Part shown: in pieces, positions 38,480 to 55,619 of the stretch
Numbering within the stretch: the stretch's first letter is position 1
Layout: each line of letters opens with the position of its first letter
Origin: the human T2T-CHM13v2.0 reference genome, Homo sapiens
DNA length: 64,000 bases
Assembly (NCBI RefSeq): GCF_009914755.1
Contig: NC_060925.1
Direction: 5' to 3' (one strand)
Program-made: the position numbers and the translations under genes
Notes under the pieces: generated by a model
Told to the model about the DNA's origin: nothing
Database searches by the model: none
Seen by the model: only the letters and a program-made list of their open reading frames with translations

Positions 38480-39330
38480 TGTTCCCCGCTGAGAGGCGGT
38501 TCGCGACCTAGGCCCGCAGCCCTCCCTCCCCACGCGCGGCGGCCTCGGGGCCAGGCTTAACTCTGGCTCTCTGGTCCCGATCTGGGGAACCCATGCATCT
38601 CCACCCCGTGGGGCTAAAGGCGCAGCACTCACAGGACTGCCGGGAGTCGGGGGACAGCCGGGGACGAGCGCCCACCGCACCTAGGCCGCCTCGGAGGCGG
38701 CGCGCAGTGGGAGGGGCCGGAAATGTTTACAACCTGACCGGCTGGATGCCTGGAGGCCAGGCGGCTCCTTGGCTGGGGCCCGAGCCCCCTGGCAAGTCGG
38801 AGCGGGTTCCCCCAACAGCTGTCTCCTCCGCAGGCCTGGGTCGGGGCCCCCGGGGTCCCCGCGCTCCCGCCGAGTCCCTGCCCACCGCGCAGCCCCTGGG
38901 AGACTTACAGCCGGGCAGGCGGGCTCTGCTGGGGGCCGCGGTCCCCCGCGCTACATCCCGCGGCGCTGGAGGCGGCCTGCGGCCGAGCGGCCCCGATCTT
39001 CAGCGCCCTCCCCGCGCCGGAAGGGGCGCGCGACCTCCCGCGTCACCTCCGCAGCCGCGTCACCTCCTCGCGGGCTCTGCCTGGGCCCTCCAATCCCAGG
39101 CCCTCTCGCGGAGTCCCAATCACAGGCCCGCGCCCGCCGGCCACACCTCCCGCCCCGGGCCCCGCCCTGCTGCCCCGCCTTCCCTGCCGCCTGCCCACCT
39201 CCCCGCCGCAGCCAGGTAACCTCCACCCGCCCCGGGGTAGAGGACGTTCGTCGGATTCTACACTCCACCTCGTTATCGCAGCCTGAAGTGCGTGATGGAG
39301 AAGAAATTTCAGAGAATGAGACAGAACGTC
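38480..39330. promoter_or_regulatory. ADIPOR1 CpG-island promoter
   Basis: CpG-rich; GC boxes, CCAAT at 39090-39094 and 39116-39120, ETS-like CCGGAAG at 39017-39023. Confidence 0.85.
38909..39040 (-). other. ADIPOR1: ADIPOR1 non-coding exon 1 (5' end approximate)
   Basis: Donor GCT|gtaagt at 38908-38903 in a CpG island; a second donor CCT|gtgagt at 38632-38627. Confidence 0.75.
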
Positions 39331-41230
39331 GGGAGGGAATGCTGAATTTTCTACCATACACCTTATCTCATCTCCTCTGTCCCCAAGGCTAGTCGTTTCA
39401 CCTCTGAAACACTTCTTAATCTCTTCTTCAACCGCATGGTCCTTCCTTCCCTTCCACAAACTATTTATTGAGCCCCTACCATGTGCCAGGCCCTGGGCTA
39501 GACCTCAGTCTGCCTCCTGTTATTTTCTTATCAGAGAGCAGAATTGTTTCTAACTACTCTTGCTGGTGAACCCGTGCCCCAGTTCCTGCTCCCACAGGCA
39601 CCTAGAGTGCAGATCGCGAGACGACATAGGGTAGTGCAGCCCTTGTCTGAACCACACAACACAGAAGGGGATTTCAGGGTCTGGCCATTTTCTCATTTCT
39701 CCCAAGAATGAAATAGTATTATTTTATTCCCACTTTTCAGATGAGGTAACTATCATTTGGAGGGGTTCACTAATATGCTCAAGGTCACAGACTGGCCAGG
39801 GACAGAAGCTTGGCTCTATGTGACTCTAGAGCCCCATGCTCTGGAGCCCCAGATACAGCAATACACAGTTGCTGAAAAGCAGAAAAGCAATGTCAATCTT
39901 CCTCTTGTGAGCAAACCTTTAACTCACAGGATTATCATAAGGATTAAACTATCTGATGTAGATAGAGTACTTGGCACAGTACCTCAATATGGCTGTTAAC
40001 TCAAAAAAATTTTTAATTTTTCTTTTTTAGGGACAGGTTCTTACTGTCACCTAGGCTGGAATGCAGTGGTGCAATCATATCATAGCTCACTGTGCAACTA
40101 GTGCCATTCTAGAGGCAGAGAAAGTGACTCATTGTAATCTGATATAGGTGCTTCAGGGACGTGGGGTTAATTCTCTTGGTCCTAGTTAAAAGCATGGGCT
40201 CTGGAGTCACATAGAGCCAAGCTTCTGTCCCAGGCCAGTCTATGATCTTGAGCACATTACTGAACCCCTCCAAATGATAATTACCTCATCTGAAAAGTGG
40301 GAATAAAATAATACTATTTCATTGGGTCTTTGTCAGGATTGAGTGAGATAATTCATGCAGGCTCTTATTATGAGGCCTAGCCAATGGTAAGTGCTTTATA
40401 AATGTTAGCTATTACCGTGTTGCCATTTGTATAAAACCCTCAGAAACTTTTCACTGTCCACAGGATTGAGTCCAGGTTTCTTCAGCATAGTGTTTCGAGG
40501 CTCTTTGCGAGCTGGCTCTAACTTCTAAGGCCTCATCATTCTCCATTTTCCCTCTGGCATGTTGGGCCTTGGTGAACTAGTTCTCTGAAGTGAACTTCTC
40601 TTTCATTCCTCCAGGCTGTTGCACATGCTGATCCTTCTGTTGGACTGCCCTTCTCATTGTCTGCTGCAAGATGCCAGCAGTTTACAATGCCCACTTCTAG
40701 GTTTGACTTTGGCCTCAGACAATCCTAAATTCACATTTAGGCTCTGTCAGCCACTGACCAGCTGTATGACCTTTGGTAAATTATTAATCTTCAGCTCACA
40801 TGATTATCATAAGGATTAAATTATGTGATGTAGATCGAGTACTTAGCACAGTACTTGGTACATGGCTGTTAACTCAAAACCATTTTTGTTTGTATTTTTA
40901 GGGACAGGCTCTCAATCTGTCACCTAGGCTGGAGTACAGTGGTGTGATCATAAGATCATAGCTCACTGCAGCCTCGAACTCCTGGGCTTCACGGGATCCT
41001 CTCAACTCAGCCTCCCAAGTAGCTGGGCTACAGATTCGTGCCACCATGCCCAGTTAATTTTTTATTTTTGTAGAGATAGGGTCTCACTATGTTGCCCAGG
41101 CTGTCAAAAATGTTACCTCTCTTTCCCCCCTTCCTCCCTTTCTGAATCTTTCTCAACCTCTTCCCAGCTGCACTTTGTATGTACCTCTGCTATGGTATTA
41201 GTCACACTGTTATAATTATTTGTCACTTGT

Positions 41231-41586
<356 letters not shown>

Positions 41587-42628
41587 TCACACTTTTATCC
41601 TCAGGGCCTCGCATAGTGCTTGGCACATGCCAGATCCTTAATAAACATTTGTATGTTGAGTGGATGAGACAAAAACCCATGCAAGACAAGGAATGGTGAT
41701 CTTCCACGCAGGAAATTCTCTTTACAAGCCTGCTTCACTATCTGAGCCCAACGTTCCTAAGCAAGATTTTCCTTCCTGGAGGTGAGGTGGCTGAGACTGT
41801 GTTACAGAGCCCAGTGCCATACACATATTAGCTGATCAAGAAATGTTGGATGGAACACCACCAACAGAATTTACTGAAGGTTCTGCCCTGGGGAGGAGTG
41901 AATTCTGAGGGTCCCACAAATCTTTCTCTCAGAAGCCCCAGAAACAGCAATAGACAGTTGCTGAAAAGCAGAAAAGCAATGTCGACCTTCATTCTGAGCC
42001 CACCACATTGTTTTGTTGCAATGGGAGTAACAAAGAAGAATCTGGAGAGGCTGCCCTAGTCCTACCCTGGGAAAGGGAGTAGATTGGGTCATGCTACATA
42101 GCAGAGGAGAAGGGTACTCAGGACAGATGAGCCTGGGGGAGGCCAACTCTATCTGGGCATCAACAATTCCGGCCAGGGCTGGTGATGTCAGGTTACTTTT
42201 TAAAGAAGAAGGCTTCCCTTCCAAACAGAAAGACAACACTTTGATTTGTGTGCCAGGTTCCCTGAAGGATAAATATGGTGAAGGATAGGCCAAGAGAAGG
42301 AAGAAGGGGAAGAGTGGCCTATCAAGGGAACACTGTGAGGGGCAGCTGGGCTCAAAAATGTCCCCTCTAATGTGTGTTCTCCTTCCCCCACCTCGAGAGC
42401 CTCCAGGGAGAAGCGGAGCTCTGGCTCTGCTGAGACAGCTGCTGAGATGATCACTGAGTCTGCTGGCAGCTCACATTTCAGCACATGGTACAACTTCTCA
42501 AAGGTTCTTTGGAACACCTGGGAGAGTTGCATGGTGGCAAACCCTTCCTCCCTAGGTCCTCGGGGATTTGGAAACAAGGACCCCAGACACAACAACCCTT
42601 TCAATATCACACAGGGGCCTCAGCCCCA

Positions 42629-42634
42629 TTTATT
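42629..42634 (-). terminator. CYB5R1: CYB5R1 polyadenylation signal AATAAA
   Basis: TTTATT on plus strand ~620 nt after the stop codon. Confidence 0.7.
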
Positions 42635-43252
42635 TGCACAGCCAGGGGTTCCTGCCACAAACAGCAGTTTTCGATTATCAGTAGCTGTTTCCCTCTAGCC
42701 TGGGCAGGGGCTGAGAGAGACACACACAGAAATATGATATTTCAGACTCCTTTGAGATCTGAAGAAATCATTTCCTCCTTTCTTGCCATCTCCATAAGAC
42801 CACCTCTGGAAGTATGCTATGCTCAACTTATACTCACACATACAGATTTGCTCATAGGTTGAACAGTGAAGTTTAAGTAAAACCCATTGCACAGACTGTT
42901 CCTTTCATCACAGACACAAAGAAGGTGAGAGTAAGATGCTATCAAGGAACTAGCCAATCTTGGACCAAGCGTACATGCTCCCTTCCTTCTTACTCCATGG
43001 AAGAGACTGCTCCATGGGCCTCTCCTGGACCTGTTGCCACGGGGAGATTTAGGAGGCCATCCAAGGAGTGACTGAGCCTTGGCCCTCTTCCATGGCTACA
43101 GGAATATTGTTCCTGCAGGTACTATCCAGATTTCAGCTCTAGATGTAACTGAAAAAACCTGAAACTCTGAGGAAAGGAATCTAAGGCTTATAGTGCTTGA
43201 GTACTGATGGGGAACAACTGCAGCGAACAGCACCAGGGAAGCTGGAGGATGC

Positions 43253-43425
43253 TCAGTAGGTGAATCGCATCTTTTGTGAGTAGCCCAGTTTGTCCAAGTT
43301 GGGATGGCAGGCCAGCTGCACCATTGGGGGTGGCCCACAAAGCAGTACCAGCACATCATCCCCTGGAGCGGGCAGGTGTTCCCGGATCATGTCGGCAGTC
43401 ACAAAGCCCTTGCTGTAGGCCCAAT
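43253..43425 (-). CDS. CYB5R1: CYB5R1 exon 9 coding part (DWAYSKGFV...CGPPPM...KMRFTY*)
   Basis: Acceptor acttcag; CGPPPM motif of the FNR family; TGA at 43255-43253. Confidence 0.96.
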
Positions 43426-43791
43426 CTGAAGTATGGGGAGAAGAAAGTACTTAATACTCCAGATACATGCTGGCAAGGGGGTGTGGTGCCATGAGACTGG
43501 GGAGGGCCCTGAAAGGCTCTGGAGAAAGTGTCAAGTGGTAGCAGCAGCTGGGAATGGGTATACTCAGCCTGCCTCAAGCTGAGCCTTAGCAGCACCGCCA
43601 TCCCTGTCACCCACCTGGTAAACAGGAACCCAAAGGAAAGGGACCAGGAGATCACTGTGTCTGTGCACTCAGACTTCCGAGTTGGCAGTGTGAGGCAAGG
43701 TTGATTTCAATGAAGCCAGAATTCACAAAGGGGCAAGGCTTTGATTTTGACGATGAGGGGATAGTGGGATGTCCAGAAATGGGAAGGATAC

Positions 43792-43891
43792 CTTTTGGGG
43801 GATGATCCAGAGTGAACCAGAGCTTAAAGCGATTGGGATAGCGGGCCTGCAGTTCCTCTAAGTCCTCCCGCAAGATGATATCCTTTTCTGT
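43792..43891 (-). CDS. CYB5R1: CYB5R1 exon 8 (100 nt)
   Basis: [33 protein letters not shown]; GT-AG boundaries. Confidence 0.96.
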
Positions 43892-44367
43892 CTGAAATGC
43901 AAAGGGGAAGGAAAGTCTTTAGGAGTCTTCTCAGGCCCACATAAAAAGTTTTCTGCTATACAACTTTCCAACTAAGAAAAAGAATGTTAAGGGAAAGCAA
44001 AAGTTCTAGGAAATAAGCAAGACTTGCAGTGCTTTTAGGGAGTTAGGATGAGGAGAAGAGGGGAACAGCCTTTATCTACACATTATGAAGGAACAAAGAT
44101 GAATATTTAACCAAGAAGATCTAAGTTTCTGTGCTCCAGACTAGATACCTTAAAAGTTTTCTTCTTTCCTTGGGGACCAGGGAAGGAATTTGATTCAGTG
44201 CTCTGTCCTTTTCCTCCTTATTGAAAGAGGACCCTGTGCCTTACAGAGGGGACCTTGGGCAGAGGCTAAAACAGGGCACTGGGCCAGTTCTGCCCATCCA
44301 TACCACGTCTCTCAGCCCTACCCACACAGCAACTTTGAAGTCTTAGGGTGGAGGAAAACAAACCAAC

Positions 44368-44453
44368 CTGGTTGGCAAAAAGCAGAAAGCACTGGGTTGG
44401 ATCTTCAGGGACTTTCAGGATGGCCCGGATCAGCTGTAGCATTGGGGTGATTC
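44368..44453 (-). CDS. CYB5R1: CYB5R1 exon 7 (86 nt)
   Basis: [29 protein letters not shown]; completes the GGTGITP NADH-binding motif. Confidence 0.96.
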
Positions 44454-45337
44454 CTGCATGAAGATACCCCACAGTGAAATGTAGTGGCCACACTCTCTGC
44501 CCTGTCCTGGCTCCTTAGCTGACCAGCCCTTTCATCTTCATTCTGCTCATTCACCACTCCACTCCATTTTCCTTTAGCATTCTCATCCTCTAAACTCTTC
44601 CTGCATATTCTCCAACATCTGTATTTCCGGGCACCCTTCAAATTCATCTAAGTTCATATTGTAGAAATCTTTCTTAGGAACTAATCTAAGACTCTTCTGA
44701 AAGTCCTTTGGAGGCTAGGACTCCAGTGTCACAAATGACTACAAGTACCTCCGGATTCAATGATGAGGGTTCTAGAACACTGTATTTGCAGAGGTTAAGT
44801 GCATGTACTTAGGCACTAGGCAGAGCCAAATACTAATTTTGCTCCAGGCCATTACCAGTGAAATAACCCTGTGGAAATCATTTAGCCTCTCTGGAACCCC
44901 ATTGTCTCTCTGTAAAAGGAAAAGGCTAGTACCTACTTCATAGATACCTATATATGTGTCTAATTTTTGTGTCTAATATATAGTAGTGTATTAGACTACA
45001 CAGTGTCTAATGCACAGTAGTGTCCAATGCTAATTTTCTTTCTTCCTAGCTAGTCATTCCTAGCTGCTTCTCTCTTCTCTCACCTAAAACTATTAGATCC
45101 ATTCAAAATGAGGAAAGCTCATTTAATTTGTTTCTCTAATTCCATCAGTTAAAATTTTTTTTGGTTTCTACCTGCTTATGATTTTGTTTTTCAGATACTA
45201 GGGAGTTCTAAGCATTGCTGGAAATCCCCTGATGAACAACAGCTTGGCTATGGTTACCAGTCTTCAGAGGGTCACCTAGGAATTTGCATGGCAACAGTCA
45301 ACAATGGTGGGAGAGAAAGGCCCTCAGTGTAATGCAC

Positions 45338-45421
45338 CTGTCCCGCCGGCAATCATTCCCAGTTTCTTCGCCACTCGGGGTTCTGGTGGAGATTTCTTGT
45401 TGGGCTGAATGTTAAAATGCC
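45338..45421 (-). CDS. CYB5R1: CYB5R1 exon 6 (84 nt)
   Basis: [28 protein letters not shown]; GT-AG boundaries. Confidence 0.95.
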
Positions 45422-46096
45422 CTGAGAGGTCAGGTGAAGAGAGCAGTGGAAGAATAAAGTCAATACAGCGAACTTAGAAAACAAATGCAGAGTTGAAAAT
45501 ATGCCTGAGGCCAGTTGAGCAGCTGCTATGACATCTGATCCTGGAGCTTGGGTGGAAGCTTGAGTTGAGCCAGCCCTGACAATAATATAGTTGAGGGACA
45601 ATGGGGCCAGGGCTATCTGTGAGTCAGTTCAGCGCCACACAATGTATCAGCTGCTTCTGGCAAAGTGTCACTCCCTGGTGAAGGAGACAGGCACAGAGCC
45701 AGGTGTGAATCTATTTTCCCAAGTGGCACACAGCAGCTCCAGGGACTTGCTAATGCACCCAGCTGTTCCCATGGGAAGGGCTGAAAGCTATCTCTGGCTC
45801 ACTCCACAGCTCACCCAGGGGGGCAAATTTTTGAAGGTGGGGAAGAGGGGCACATGTTTGCTTTAGTAATCTCCACAGCTGCCATGGCTAGGGAATTCAA
45901 GTGGAGGAGGAACTGCTTCCTGTGGCAAATGGGGCTGAGAAACATGCCTTTCTATTGTATCAGCGCTATGTTTAGAAGGAAGGGCGGCCCTGGCCCTTAC
46001 GTGCATACACATGTGTACACACAGCCATACTGTGCCAAGAGGACTATGGGAACTGATAAAGTGGGAGACAGGCTCAAGGAGAAGACAGGTCATTAC

Positions 46097-46226
46097 CTTT
46101 TCCAGTGTAAGTGAGCAACCCGCTTGGCCCCCGAAACTCCACCACATCCCCAACCTTCAGGCTATCCAGGTACTGAGACATCTTCCCTCCCTCAGGAAAT
46201 TTGGGGTGCACACCCTTCAGGTAGAC
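46097..46226 (-). CDS. CYB5R1: CYB5R1 exon 5 (130 nt)
   Basis: [20 protein letters not shown]...[12 protein letters not shown]; GxMS flavin motif; AAG acceptor. Confidence 0.95.
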
Positions 46227-46340
46227 CTTACAAGACAGAGAGAAAAATACCTTATTTGGAATGTCACTGGTTTCTGAGCCCCATGTTGACTAAACCTCCC
46301 TGAGGCTGGGGCAGGGATCAGATATGTGCTATCTTTTCCC

Positions 46341-46490
46341 CGTCTACATACTTTCTTTCTTTTTTTTTTTTTTTGAGTCAGAGTTTTGCTCTTGCTGCCC
46401 AGGCTTGAGTGCAGTGGCGCAATCTTGGCTCACTGCAACCTCCGCCTCCTGGGTTCAAGTGAGTCTCCTGCCTCAGTCTCCTGAGTAGCT
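46341..46490 (-). mobile_element. 5'-truncated Alu in CYB5R1 intron 4
   Basis: Right-arm fragment with TSD catactttctt. Confidence 0.85.
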
Positions 46491-46611
46491 CATACTTTCT
46501 TCACATCCACAGAGTACATACCATTTCCTGCTGTCAGGCAAATCTTAGAAATTTCTACAAATCCCAGAAAGAATGGGTAAGCAGCCCCTGGGTCCCTTCC
46601 TAGCCCCTTAC

Positions 46612-46718
46612 CTTGATGACAAGATCCACATAGCCTTGATCCTCATCACTGGTGACAGGAGTGTATGGCCTGATGACCAGGCTGCCATCAATTCGGGTGG
46701 AGAGGTAGATATGTTTGC
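46612..46718 (-). CDS. CYB5R1: CYB5R1 exon 4 (107 nt)
   Basis: [35 protein letters not shown]; RxY(T/S) FAD motif. Confidence 0.96.
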
Positions 46719-47252
46719 CTGGGGACCGTGCAGAGAGCTACATAAGGGTTGTCTGTGATGTGCTGCATCCCTCAAAATACTCAAAGAGATTTGAGAGAAC
46801 AAGATGTCTTGCTTCCTGCTGTGGTCCCAAGGAGCTACAAGGCAGGGAAGATTTGCCCCATTGAGCCCTCAGTTGGATCTCTTATAAGCGCCCAGTTGAG
46901 GAAACACTTATTTCCAGCGTTTCCTGCCAGTTACTGCCAGGACCTTGACAGATGAGCCAAAAGGGTCTGGGCAATGGGAAAAAGTTAGTAGTGCTTGCTC
47001 AGAGGGAGTAATTAGCAAATCCTGCAGGGAAGAGGCAAGACTGTTGAGTGTTAAAGCTGGATGGGGGTCATGGAAGCCACACTCTAGAGGGGCCCAGTGG
47101 CACCTCACAGCTTGGAGGATGCAGAGCCAAGTGGGGGAAGGGGAATGGTGTGTGGAGCAAACCGGTTGAAGCAGCGTGTTTCATGAGATCCCAGGAGGGG
47201 AGTCACCTTCTGAGGATACCAGGGAAAGGAGCCCATTCCACACTTTCCTTAC

Positions 47253-47325
47253 CCACAGGCAGCCCCAGAGTGTGGTGGGCGGTGGGCAGGGCAAAGCGGA
47301 ACCTCTTGGTGTTGTGGCTCACAGT
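47253..47325 (-). CDS. CYB5R1: CYB5R1 exon 3 (73 nt)
   Basis: [24 protein letters not shown]; GT-AG boundaries. Confidence 0.96.
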
Positions 47326-47473
47326 CTGGAGGGTGGAGGACACAAGTGTTTCACCAAGCGCGCCTGGCGCTGCCACGTCCCTTGGACATCCCAACCACCG
47401 TGGGTGCTGTACCCTCCATGCCAGGAGCACTCTGGTCCCCTCCTTCACCCTGGCCCTTTCTTCCCCAACTTAC

Positions 47474-47623
47474 CGTCTTGTCTAGCAGTCGTAGCAGGTA
47501 CTTTTCATTGGGGTCCAGGAGAGTGACCTGAGGCCGGCGGGACCTCCGAACCAAGTAGGAGCCCACAGCCAGGCCGAGCAGAGTGACCAGCCCCACCCCC
47601 AGGGAGGCCAGCAGGACGGGGCT
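47474..47623 (-). CDS. CYB5R1: CYB5R1 exon 2 (150 nt, membrane anchor)
   Basis: [27 protein letters not shown]...LRLLDKT; GT-AG boundaries. Confidence 0.96.
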
Positions 47624-48230
47624 CTGTGGGTAGAGGAGGCAGCGTGACCGCCAGGCTGGGTAAGAGCCCGGGGCTTGGGTGGTGACCGTCCCAGGGGTGG
47701 CGATCCCGAGCTCCAGCGCGGAGGCATGCCAAGGGCAGAGGGGTAACCTGGCGGAGTCCCGAGCCCGGATGTGCGGGATCGGGACCCCAGCATCCACGGT
47801 GGGCCCAGAGCCCTGCGGGGCGGGGTCGGCAGCGACAGCCCCTGGTCCGGAGCTGAGTGGCCAGAACCAGATGGGGAGGGGTCCCCCAGTGGAGGATACT
47901 GAATGAGGGTCTTACCGTCTGGATCCCCATGACGGAGCGCCTTTTCCTCCACCACCTGACAAGCCGACAGATCCCACAATGCGCCGCGGGGCGGGTCGGA
48001 GGGCGGGGCAGGCCGGGGGCGGGGCCGGGCAGGAGGCAGGACCTCGCGGCTGGGGGGGCAGGAGGCGGGGCCTGGCGGGGGGGGGTGGGTGTCTGTCGGG
48101 GGCGGGGCCTAGCAGGAGGTGTCGGCGGCGGGGCCTTTTGGGGGCGGGGTCCGGCAGAGGCGGGGCTGGGCCCCTCTGCGCGCCACCCTTTCCCTCCGCT
48201 ACTCGGTGGCTCAGGGTCTCCGGTGCTTAT
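47550..48230. promoter_or_regulatory. CYB5R1 CpG-island promoter with multiple GC boxes
   Basis: Repeated GGGGCGGGG elements within 47987-48170. Confidence 0.85.
47916..47930 (-). CDS. CYB5R1: CYB5R1 exon 1 coding part (MGIQT); NADH-cytochrome b5 reductase 1
   Basis: GTCATGG Kozak context; donor ACG|gtaaga; exons sum to 918 nt. Confidence 0.93.
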
Positions 48231-48237
48231 TCAATAC

Positions 48238-48538
48238 TTTTTTTTTTTTTTTGAGTCGGAGCCTCGCTCTGTCGCCCAGGCTGGAGTGCAGTGGCGCGAT
48301 CTCGGTTACTGCAACCTCCGCCTCCCAGTTTCAAGTGGTTCTCCTGGCTCCGCCTCCCGAGTATCTGGGACTACTGGCGTGCGCCACCACGCCCGGCTAA
48401 TTTTTTTTTTGTATTTTTAGTACAGACTGGGTTTCACCGTGTTGGTCAGGGTGGTCTCGAGCTCCAGGGCTCAAATAATCTACCCGCTTCGGCCTCCCAA
48501 CGTGTTGGGATTACAGGCGTGAGCCATCGCGCCCGGCC
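48238..48538 (-). mobile_element. Alu adjoining the CYB5R1 promoter
   Basis: Antisense Alu body. Confidence 0.92.
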
Positions 48539-50331
48539 CCAAGATCTTTTAAGACCGCAGCTCCAGCCTCTCCTCCCAGCGAGGTGGTCCCTGCCACTTC
48601 GACCCGCTTATATCCGAACTGGATGGGAGTTCTGCCTAAGGTAGAACCACGCTAAATTGGGGGATTGGAAATCTCTTGAGTCTGCGGGTGCTGAGCGGAG
48701 AGTGTAACGATGAACCAGAGACAGGCTCAAAGTAGAGCAGAAGGGCCTGAAGTTAATCATTGTGCAGTCACCTTAGTTTTTCAACCGGCTGAATTGCAGC
48801 AAGAGAATGGAACAGCCCAGAGGAGTCTCTTACAGGAGTGAACAGTGGCATGGCAACTTCATTTCCTTTTGACAAAAGACTGATTTTGTTTACAGCGCCA
48901 AGCCGTCAGCCTATCAGGATGATTCAGGAGCTTCCTTTGGTTTCAAAGACCAAGCTTCACATCCTGATTTGGGTTCTTGTGCCCTTAGGGTCAAAGAAGT
49001 GGGCTTTGGAGGCAGAGTGTACAGAATAAGAATCTTGCCTCTAGCACTTATTGGCTCTGTGACCTTAGATAGCTTACTCAACCTGAGTTTCTTCATCTAC
49101 AGATGGATATAAGATGGATATCTACAGATGGATATATATTATTATCTACAGATAGATTGTATCTAGTTCATAGCTTTGGTGTGAGGCTTCAGTGAGATAT
49201 GTTAACGTGCTTAGTGTAGTGCCTGTCGTAAAGCAAAATATTCAACAGTTGGCAGCTACTATTATAACTTAAAAGACAGCACAGAGGGTCAGCTATGGTT
49301 TTAGGAATGAGCTCTGCCTGGGGCACAAGCATGGGACAGGAGGAGGCAGGAAAAAACATCAGGAGCCGCTGGAGCTACAGATTTCCCAAGATGACCATTC
49401 TTTCTCATACATGAGTTTCTCAACTAGAATGACATTTGCTCTTTGATATACCGTGATGGATGAGATCTCTGCAGATGTCAGTGTCAACATCTTAAACTAA
49501 TACCATCAGGGCAGCAGGGACATTAGAGCCCCCAGTTTTCAGTTGTATTTGGTGAACTCTGTGAATGATCCAAGAGATACTTAGTTTTCCTTTTCCTCTC
49601 CACTGGCTGAAAATGTTCCTAAGACCCCAGTACATGTTCCTCTGAATTTTTTAAGCAGCCTGCACACTGACTTGAGGGAAGTGAGTGCACCAGATCATGG
49701 TGACATGCCAATCCATGCAGAGAGGGTTGAAAAGGGGAAGGAAGGGACCCTTCCTCTTTTCTGTTCCGAGAGAATGAGGCGATTATGTTCCGGTGCTTCT
49801 GACACCCCCACTGCTGGCTTGGTTAAGAAGCCACACTACTGATCCTTGCCACTGCTCCACTCTGGCTAAAGAGGTTCTAGGCCTTCCTCCCTCTAGTGGA
49901 TAGATGTGGCAAGAGAGGGGGAAGTATGGAACGAAAGGAGAGCATAACTACAACTCGGGCTTCTCTCAGTGATTGCATTTTCTGAACCCCAAAGTGGCAC
50001 ATTCTAACAAGTGTGAGTGTATCACTGGGAACCACAGGACAGAATGGTTGGGTGTGGGCTTATCCTGGAAACTAAGTGTTGGACTCAGTAATTGTGGGAA
50101 GGCTCTTTTGCTCCTGAAAATGAATGCTGCAGGAGTGGTGGGAAGGGGCTGATGGCCTGGCAGGTCTTCCTGTCTCAGATTCTGTGGTGAATTGAACTCC
50201 ACTCCACCACGACTCATGGTAATCTTACATTACTCCTAGTTTGGAGGAAAAGATAGGCATTTCTGAATTTTTATTTAACCCAATCTTTTAAGTTTAGGAT
50301 TTCCTCCTGGGTATACAATAAAGAATAGAAC

Positions 50332-52290
<1,959 letters not shown>

Positions 52291-52299
52291 CCCAGCTGT

Positions 52300-54880
<2,581 letters not shown>

Positions 54881-55619
54881 CAACATTTAGTTATAAACAA
54901 TAAGAAACTTGAAGAAAATTGCTAGATATAAGATGAAGCTAAAATAGAATGAAGTCCATTTCACCATAATTATTAAATATACATTGATAGTTTAATATCA
55001 ACAGAAAATACAAAGTACCCAGGAAATAAAAATAACAAAGGAGGTACAGAACTCTTATGAGAAAATTATCAAATTTCCTTAAATGACATGCAAAGAAGCC
55101 TTCCCATTTCAGTGGATGGCAACTCCATCCTTCCAGTAGTTTGGACAAAAACTTTGCAGTTATCCTTACTCCTTTTCTCAATGCTTACAACCAATTTTCG
55201 GAAAATTCTTTTGGTTTCGTCTTCAAAATATATTCAACATTTGGCTGTTTTCACCACTTCCATTGCCACCACTCTGGTCTAAACCATCATCTTTTCTTGC
55301 CTGGATTCCTGCAGAAGCATCCTCATTGGCCCTGTTTCCATCCTTGTTCCTCTGTAATCTAGTCTCTACATAGTAGGCAGAGTATTACTTTTATAACTTC
55401 AGCCAGATCATGCCAAACCCTTCACTCGAAACCCTGCAATTCTTCTGCTTCACACTTGTTTATCTTCATTGTCTGTCTCCCGCTTTAGTATGTAAGCTCC
55501 ATGAGGGTTACAAACTTGGTCTGTTTACCGATGAACCTCAAGTGGCTAGGATAATGCAAATAATAAAAGAGGCAATTATTTGCTCTAGGAAAAATATTAC
55601 ACATAAAATATAATCACAG

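Noticed and set aside
38593-39459. Long Pro/Arg/Gly-rich ORFs (up to 208 aa) over the ADIPOR1 promoter
   Set aside because: Expected in GC-rich CpG islands on both strands; no recognisable domain
47351-47979. N-extended CYB5R1 from intron 1 ORFs
   Set aside because: Intron 1 is 292 nt (frameshifting); the in-frame ORF starts at GTG, not ATG; GC-rich chance ORFs
49095-49165. Short repeats of atctacagatggatat resembling a repeat-spacer array
   Set aside because: Irregular slippage duplications within a MIR-like element; eukaryotic DNA, not CRISPR
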